Both the position numbers and the translations under genes were made by a program. The notes beneath the pieces are model-generated. The model saw only the letters and a program-made list of their open reading frames with translations, searched no databases and had not been told where the DNA came from. This document shows positions 13,989 to 20,107 of a stretch of DNA of 20,107 nucleotides, in pieces. Within the stretch, counting starts at the first letter, position 1. Every line of letters begins with the position of its first letter. The stretch is from Candidatus Subterrananammoxibius californiae (GTDB lineage Bacteria > Planctomycetota > Brocadiia > Brocadiales > Subterrananammoxibiaceae): assembly GCA_030586555.1 (NCBI GenBank), contig JAURAC010000005.1, forward strand, positions 1-20,107, written 5' to 3'.

Positions 13989-15953
13989 TTATTGATTCTC
14001 AAGCCATGCTTGAAACATCAGTACATCCCATAGATAATATTGCCAGTTTCTTTTGCCGGATAAGTACTCATTCCATTTTTGCCGAATCGGCTCGGGATTG
14101 AAAAACCCCTCATGGCGCAGACGCTTTTCATTTAGTAAATTCTCTGCCCACTCTCGCAGCGGTCCGCGCAGCCAGGCGCCAATCGGCACGTCAAAACCCA
14201 TCTTGGGCCGTTCAATCAATTCTTTTGGTACATATTTGTATAATACCTGTCGCAACAGCCACTTACTTTTGCCATTGCGAATTTTCATGGAGAGTGGCAA
14301 GCGCCAGGCAAATTCCACTATCCTGTAATCCAGGAACGGAGCACGCGATTCCAAGCTCACCCCCATGCTCGCACGGTCCACCTTTACCAGGATATCGTCG
14401 GGCAAATAAATAATGATGTCGAGGTACATCATACTCTGAATAAAATCTGGCAGATTTACCCACTGATGCGGGTCCGTTAGCATTGTAATAGGCTCACGAC
14501 TTCCGATTACCAGAGCCTCAGGGTCTCTCCAATGGGAGACCATGCCTTGATACATTTCTTCGGGGCGATGAATGCCGAGGATTTCAGCCAGCTTGTGCAG
14601 TTTTTCACCCGGGCTGTTTTGTCTGATTTGTGAGGGTAATAAAGGTCCTATTGTGGCAAAACCCCAATCCCATCTTTGTGGTGAAATCAGATGCAATGCA
14701 GATGCCATGATACCACGTAAACCTTGAGGTATCCATCCAATTTTATTCCAGACGCTTCTACCCCAGAAATAATGATTGTAGCCTGCAAACAACTCATCTC
14801 CGCCGTCTCCTGAAAGACTGACGGTAACGTGCTGACGCACTAATTGGCAAATTAAAAAGGTGGGAATCTGCGAGGCATCTGAAAACGGCTCGTCGTAAAG
14901 CATCGGCAATCTGGTGATAACCGCCATTGCCTGTTCCGGGGTTACGTAGAGTTCTGTGTGGTCTGACCCCAAATGTTGTGCAACTGCCTTGGCATGCTCC
15001 GCCTCGTTATAAGCCGCCTCGTCGAACCCAATGGTATATGTTTTCACGGGACGTGTACTTTGCGCTTGCATTAACGCCACCACAGTGGATGAGTCCACTC
15101 CACCGGATAGAAACGCACCCACGGGTACATCAGCCACCATCTGCTGCCTGACTGAATTGCGTAACAGAGACTCGAATGCGTCAATGGCTTCTGCTTCTGT
15201 CCCTGGAAACGGATTTGCCACGCCCCTTTCTGCCACCTCTCTGGCAGACCAATAATATTTAGGAATAATGGTTGAGGGGTTGGACGGCTTTCCTCCCCGC
15301 ACGCTCGTAATCGTTCCTGGCATCTGCTTGAAAATATCCTTGTAGATAGAGTACGGCGTAGGAATATAATTGTACCGCATCAACAATGCGAGGGCGTCAC
15401 GATTGATTTGTCCACGCCATGCTGGGTGAGCCCGCAGTGCTTTGAGTTCAGAGCCAAACAGAAATACGTTGCCCATCCAGCCGTAATAAATGGGTTTTTC
15501 TCCTATTCGGTCTCGCACCAGATGGAGAACGCACTCTTTGCGGTCCCACAATGCAAAGGCAAACATGCCGACAAACCGTTTAACCGCTGCCTCCAGACCC
15601 CATTGGCTGATTGCTGCGAGCATTACCTCGGTATCAGAATGACCACGCCAGACAGGGGCAATGCCGCCATCCTCTATTTCTTTGCGAATTTGCTGGAAGT
15701 TATAGATTTCACCGTTAAATACAATCACATAGCGGCCGCAGGTAGAATGCATCGGTTGATGGCCTTGAGGGGAGAGGTCAACAATGGAAAGTCGGCGATG
15801 ACCCAATGCCACACCAACCTCGGTGTCCACCCACGTACCGCTGTCATCCGGACCGCGATGGTTCAGCGGAGCAATCATTCGCAAGGCTATTTCGTGAAGC
15901 TCATCGTGATTTATTCGAGCAGATAAATCAATACTTCCGGCAAATCCACACAT
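13989..15953 (-). CDS. asnB: Second asparagine synthase-like amidotransferase (WbpS-like)
   Basis: MCGF, HRGPDD, GHRRLSIVDLS..GHQPM, WRGHSDTEV, LSGGVDSS, SGDGGDELFAGY, KVDRASM.VSLE.R.PFLD, RPKMGF. Confidence 0.95.
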   Translation of the reverse strand: MCGFAGSIDLSARINHDELHEIALRMIAPLNHRGPDDSGTWVDTEVGVALGHRRLSIVDLSPQGHQPMHSTCGRYVIVFNGEIYNFQQIRKEIEDGGIAPVWRGHSDTEVMLAAISQWGLEAAVKRFVGMFAFALWDRKECVLHLVRDRIGEKPIYYGWMGNVFLFGSELKALRAHPAWRGQINRDALALLMRYNYIPTPYSIYKDIFKQMPGTITSVRGGKPSNPSTIIPKYYWSAREVAERGVANPFPGTEAEAIDAFESLLRNSVRQQMVADVPVGAFLSGGVDSSTVVALMQAQSTRPVKTYTIGFDEAAYNEAEHAKAVAQHLGSDHTELYVTPEQAMAVITRLPMLYDEPFSDASQIPTFLICQLVRQHVTVSLSGDGGDELFAGYNHYFWGRSVWNKIGWIPQGLRGIMASALHLISPQRWDWGFATIGPLLPSQIRQNSPGEKLHKLAEILGIHRPEEMYQGMVSHWRDPEALVIGSREPITMLTDPHQWVNLPDFIQSMMYLDIIIYLPDDILVKVDRASMGVSLESRAPFLDYRIVEFAWRLPLSMKIRNGKSKWLLRQVLYKYVPKELIERPKMGFDVPIGAWLRGPLREWAENLLNEKRLRHEGFFNPEPIRQKWNEYLSGKRNWQYYLWDVLMFQAWLENQ

Positions 15954-15980
15954 CTAATAGACATCCCTTAAATAAGTTTT

Positions 15981-17150
15981 TTATTTTAAAACTTCATAAT
16001 AAAGCTTTCCTAATTTTTCACACATGCTTTTGCTGTTAAACTTCTCATTAACCAACTTTCTACCCCTGATTGCCAAATTTTTTGCTTCTTCAGGGTTATT
16101 TAATATCTTTAGAATGCCATTTGCCAGTTTTAATGAATCTTTTGGGTCAACCAGTATTCCCGTTTCGCCATCCTTTATCAATTCCGGTACTCCGCCAACC
16201 CTTGTGGCAACAACGGGTTTTTCGTGTACAAGGGCTTCAAGTAAGGTTTGGGGAAGTCCTTCGGTGAGCGATGAAAGGACTACGACATCGAGTATGGAAT
16301 ATATCTTACTTATATCCTTTTGAAACCCACAAAAGATAGTCTTGTCTTTGATGGCAAGCCTCTCTGCCAGTATTTCTAAATTTTGCCTTTCCGGTCCTTC
16401 ACCAACGACCAAAAGTCTTGCCTGTGGATACCTCGAAATAACCTCTTTTCCTGCCTCCAGAAAGTAGCCGAAACCCTTTTCAATGCTTAATCGCCCGATG
16501 GCTCCAATAAGTTTGTTGTCGTTATTAAGATTGAAAGAATCTTTAAAAGGTTTCGTTAAAAGCAAGCCGACCCCTGCTAAAGCGGGTGTGCCCGTACTTG
16601 CTTTTAACTCTATTGCATTATGAATCATCACAATCTTTTTGGGTGGAATGTGGGATTCTAATAAACGGTCCTTCATACCATCTGAAACAGCAATTACCCT
16701 GTCAAAGAATCTCAGCGCTAAGCTATCCAGAAATTCATATAACTTAACGTTTCTTGAACATGCCGTCCAGCCATGGGCGGTAGAAACTATAGGAATATTT
16801 AGTATTTTAGCGGCTAATAGGCCTATAATATCGGTTTTATAACCATGCGTGTGCAGTAATTTAATATTTTCTTTTCTTAGTAAATGGCATAAGTTAAAAA
16901 GGTTTCTAAACAGTTCGGATAACATAAAGCGGCATTTCTTTTTTGTAGTTATTATTCTTGCGGCGATTCCGAGCTTTTTAGCTTCCTCGATGAACTCTCC
17001 CTGCGGTTCCCTATATCTGACAAATGATGCCACAATTAGGTCGAAGGTGGTATCTTTCATACCCCTTAAAAGCGTTAATGTGCTTTTTTCTGCCCCCCCA
17101 ATCCCAATTTGTATGGGGTCATTCAGATGCATTATGCGGATGGACTTCAT
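15981..17150 (-). CDS. Glycosyltransferase family 4
   Basis: GGAEK, LHTHGYK, TAHGW, IAVS, GRLSIEKG, SSLTEGLPQTLLEA...KPVVATRVGGVPE. ATGA overlap with the deacetylase. Confidence 0.94.
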   Translation of the reverse strand: MKSIRIMHLNDPIQIGIGGAEKSTLTLLRGMKDTTFDLIVASFVRYREPQGEFIEEAKKLGIAARIITTKKKCRFMLSELFRNLFNLCHLLRKENIKLLHTHGYKTDIIGLLAAKILNIPIVSTAHGWTACSRNVKLYEFLDSLALRFFDRVIAVSDGMKDRLLESHIPPKKIVMIHNAIELKASTGTPALAGVGLLLTKPFKDSFNLNNDNKLIGAIGRLSIEKGFGYFLEAGKEVISRYPQARLLVVGEGPERQNLEILAERLAIKDKTIFCGFQKDISKIYSILDVVVLSSLTEGLPQTLLEALVHEKPVVATRVGGVPELIKDGETGILVDPKDSLKLANGILKILNNPEEAKNLAIRGRKLVNEKFNSKSMCEKLGKLYYEVLK

Positions 17151-18196
17151 TTAGATTTTAGTCCGCCTAAGGCGGATTGAATTTTGGATAAAAACCCGAT
17201 TGCTCCAGAAATTAACAACTTAAAATATTGTTCATCAACGTCTGAGCCTATAGGAAACCTTCCAAGTTCATACTGGTCAGTACCGTATTCATTGAACTTG
17301 CCAATTGTTGTGAAAGTGCAGAGAAAGCCTCTGTTCTTTACCGCATCTTTAATTTCATTGTTAAAGTCATCCTTCTGACCGTTAGGGAAAGCAAAAAGTA
17401 GACACTTATTCCCCAGTTTTTCTTCTATCTTTTTTTTTGAAATTTCTATTTCTTGCAGGACTTCTTCTCTGGTTATTCGGGTCATTATGTTATGCGTTTC
17501 AGTATGAGCGCCAAAGGAAATAAGATTACTTTGATGCATGGAAACAATATCATCCCAATCCAAACTTTTAAAAGGATTAGAATCCTGTGCCTCCATCGAA
17601 TCCACATCTAATTTATTTAGAACCTTATTAAGTAAGAGGTCTTTTTCATTTTTTTGTAATCTTTTCATATAGCTAAGTAAGGCTGAGAGTGTTTGGTTTT
17701 TCTTATCGGGTGTTAAAATAGAAAAGAACCCCAATCCTTCCTCGCTCAAATCTACTCCAGTTTTTTTGGTTTCTTTTACGGCAAGATAAAGCCGGTCGAA
17801 CCATAATAACCCATTTGAACCGATATTGCATGTAGTAAGGAATATAGTAGCAGGCAAATTAAACCGTTTTAAAACGGGAAATGCAGTTAAATAATTATTC
17901 TTAAGCCCATCGTCAAATGTTATTGCAAGCGAATAATTGGGCAATTCTTCATTATTAATCAATTTTTCTATTAGTGTTATCAGTGGTAATACATTGTATT
18001 TTTTAGATATGTACTCAATTTGTCGTTCAAATTTTTGTAAAGGCATCTGCGTCCATGAAAAAGGGTTTAATTTCTTCTCTACAACACCGTGATACAGAAT
18101 AATCACAACCTTTTGTCTGTTCAAAAATCTGAACAGTTCGTGTACCTTTATGAGACATATTGTCTTAAAAACTATATGCTTGATAATGTTAAACAA
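17147..18196 (-). CDS. Polysaccharide deacetylase (CE4/NodB family)
   Basis: ILYHGV, ITFDDG, PATIFL, FGAHTETH, FAFPNG, L.R motifs. Confidence 0.93.
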   Translation of the reverse strand: MFNIIKHIVFKTICLIKVHELFRFLNRQKVVIILYHGVVEKKLNPFSWTQMPLQKFERQIEYISKKYNVLPLITLIEKLINNEELPNYSLAITFDDGLKNNYLTAFPVLKRFNLPATIFLTTCNIGSNGLLWFDRLYLAVKETKKTGVDLSEEGLGFFSILTPDKKNQTLSALLSYMKRLQKNEKDLLLNKVLNKLDVDSMEAQDSNPFKSLDWDDIVSMHQSNLISFGAHTETHNIMTRITREEVLQEIEISKKKIEEKLGNKCLLFAFPNGQKDDFNNEIKDAVKNRGFLCTFTTIGKFNEYGTDQYELGRFPIGSDVDEQYFKLLISGAIGFLSKIQSALGGLKSK

Positions 18197-18235
18197 GACC
18201 GTATTCCCCGACTACCCTTGGCTTTTAAAGATACC

Positions 18236-20107
18236 TTAATTGTAGATTTGTGCAAAGATTTTTTTGTATGCCTTTTGTCCGAAAAAGGTAAGTGCCTTTA
18301 AAAAAGACCTGATGGTGATACCCTTAATGGATAAATATCCGGATGAAGAAACCGATAGCATGCCATTTGTTGTAAAAAATTTACCGGAACAAAGTGCTTT
18401 TAGAAACTCGGTCTTGCTTTTGCAATAAGAAGGTATCTCAATCCAGAAGCTTTTCATTTCACGTAATTCATGCAGGTCTAATCCACAGTAAAGAGATATC
18501 TTCTTGTTCTTATTTCTTGAGCGGCGTAAGTGCCTCATTGCACCCAGATTTGGTATGGTGAGGCCGCTTCTTCTCCTTGAATTCCAGATTTCCATGCCAT
18601 CTATATATCTTATCTCTTCCGTGCTTAAGTTGTGCTCGTTTGCTGATGGATGAGCAACGATACAAATCCCTCCGCAATTCTTGATTTCCTTAGACACCTC
18701 TAAGACAGAATAACCCGTGATATATTTTTGCACGTTTATAGCGAGTAAATGAGTTCCATTGTTACAAGGTATCTCTAAGCCCGGTATGACCATGAGTTCT
18801 GGTGTTTGAAGCGCTTTACAATGTTCAATATATCCTGCCATAGAATTTTCATCCATGTTTTCTGCATGTTCTGTAAGCGCAACAAAACCGTAGCCATGCT
18901 TTTTTGCCTCATTAACAATGGCTTCGATTGAGGCTGTGCCGTCGTGTGAGTAGTTTGAGTGAATGTGGATTATTCCACGAATCCGCTTAGCTTTTTTTGC
19001 AAGAAGTAAAACAAAAATCTTTTTCATTACCTCATCGAAAAAGCGTTTTAAGTCAACAAGTCCGGGTAAAACATCGTCGTAAGAAAAAACGAGGTCGCCT
19101 ACCCTGGGGTCGAACAAGGATAACATAAAGTCATAAATTACCATCTTCTTAGATGGAAGCCTTTCAAATGGATTATCGTTTTTATTCCTTATTATCTGGA
19201 TGAGCCTCTCGATGTCGCCGCGTCTATATTGACATTTGAGATTGGTACGATAGCTATTGACCATGATTTTTTTTGAGTTTACAAAGAGTTCGTAAAGCAG
19301 ATAGGGGAAGTCCACACCTGTCTGGATTGCAAGCGCAAGGGAACCCCAGAACCGCCCATTGACCTCCATTAGCTTAGCCGTATTCGTTTCCTCATCAACC
19401 CTGAATTCCACCATGGCGACGCCTTCCCAGTTCATTGCCCTGAGTAATTTGACTGCATATTCTCCCAGGATTGGGTCAACCGGTACGCTTTCACATAACA
19501 CGCTAACACCCCCTGAAACGGGCATTTCATGAATACGCCTGTGCTGAAATAATGCTAATGGCTCTCCTTCGCTCATCAAAGCCTCTATTCCAACCCCAAA
19601 CCCTTTACAGTACTCCTGAAGCATCGGAAATGAACCATTTTTTTTGTGGTATAGCAGCCGCTCCCGTAATGATTCTGACGAGGTTATGTATTCAATATTA
19701 AAATTGTGTCCACCATCATCGTCGTTAAAAAACTTTTTCATAGCAGGCTTTATTACTATTGGAAATCCCAACTTTTCTGTTACTTCATTTAGGGAATCTA
19801 AATTTTCTATAAACTCTGTCTGAGGGATAGGGATATTAAGAGACTTTGCCAGTGTCAGCGTCTTCTTTTTATCGAGAGCAAGACAAACCGAACTATATTT
19901 GGGACAAGCCAGTCTTGCCACTGTTTCTACTTCTTCTTGGTGCTCACTTAAAACCGCTAAAGTTACATCGGTTGTCGGGATGATTAATTCAACTTTATTG
20001 CTACGGGCGACATCGAGTACAGACCTTACGAAATTTGCCTTGTTGTCATTTGCTAATGGATAGACAAAACTCCCCTGTGCATATCTTGAATAAGAAGTTA
20101 AGCTCTT
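18236..20107 (-). CDS. ATP-grasp ligase fused to a C-terminal PHP metallo-phosphoesterase domain (5' end beyond the window)
   Basis: The frame stays open from 19921 to the window edge (KSLTSYSRYAQGSFVYP...ELIIPTTD...). ATP-grasp motifs: DK, FPIVIKP, LQEY..G.G, MVEF, LMEVNGRFWGS. PHP motifs: HIHSNYSHDG, TEH, GLEI, HLL, AHP, EIWN, GLDLH. Confidence 0.9.
   Translation of the reverse strand, partial: KSLTSYSRYAQGSFVYPLANDNKANFVRSVLDVARSNKVELIIPTTDVTLAVLSEHQEEVETVARLACPKYSSVCLALDKKKTLTLAKSLNIPIPQTEFIENLDSLNEVTEKLGFPIVIKPAMKKFFNDDDGGHNFNIEYITSSESLRERLLYHKKNGSFPMLQEYCKGFGVGIEALMSEGEPLALFQHRRIHEMPVSGGVSVLCESVPVDPILGEYAVKLLRAMNWEGVAMVEFRVDEETNTAKLMEVNGRFWGSLALAIQTGVDFPYLLYELFVNSKKIMVNSYRTNLKCQYRRGDIERLIQIIRNKNDNPFERLPSKKMVIYDFMLSLFDPRVGDLVFSYDDVLPGLVDLKRFFDEVMKKIFVLLLAKKAKRIRGIIHIHSNYSHDGTASIEAIVNEAKKHGYGFVALTEHAENMDENSMAGYIEHCKALQTPELMVIPGLEIPCNNGTHLLAINVQKYITGYSVLEVSKEIKNCGGICIVAHPSANEHNLSTEEIRYIDGMEIWNSRRRSGLTIPNLGAMRHLRRSRNKNKKISLYCGLDLHELREMKSFWIEIPSYCKSKTEFLKALCSGKFFTTNGMLSVSSSGYLSIKGITIRSFLKALTFFGQKAYKKIFAQIYN

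Noticed and set aside
5780..18301. Numerous plus-strand ORFs of 60-172 aa opposite the EPS operon
   Set aside because: Antisense shadows of well-supported minus-strand genes with no recognisable motifs.

Overview
Bacterial chromosomal window, mostly AT-rich. The repeat types and protein architectures tentatively suggest an anammox Brocadiales-like or similar groundwater lineage (inference only). The right 14 kb (5872-20107, minus strand) is the distal part of an exopolysaccharide/glycan-tailoring operon resembling PEP-CTERM/exosortase-associated EPS loci. In transcription order it encodes an ATP-grasp-PHP fusion (5' truncated), a polysaccharide deacetylase, GT4, AsnB-type amidotransferase, UDP-HexNAc dehydrogenase, a second AsnB, GT2, GT4, a radical SAM/SPASM enzyme and GT4. 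The left end has a partial mgtE (missing from the ORF track) and a DUF362/4Fe-4S gene, each with a consensus or near-consensus sigma70 promoter. Between these lies an accessory segment with three parts: (i) a leaderless XRE/C-protein-like regulator divergent from a secreted LVIVD-PKD-Vps62/NPP1-like protein, with palindromic operators; (ii) a self-contained leaderless two-gene module that looks like an uncharacterised toxin-antitoxin/toxin-immunity pair; (iii) a diverged duplicate of the 3' end of the last glycosyltransferase gene, which together with the intact gene end brackets that module. The window also carries many small palindromic REP/MITE-like elements of several families. Several sit in frame inside coding regions and two are nested inside another REP.
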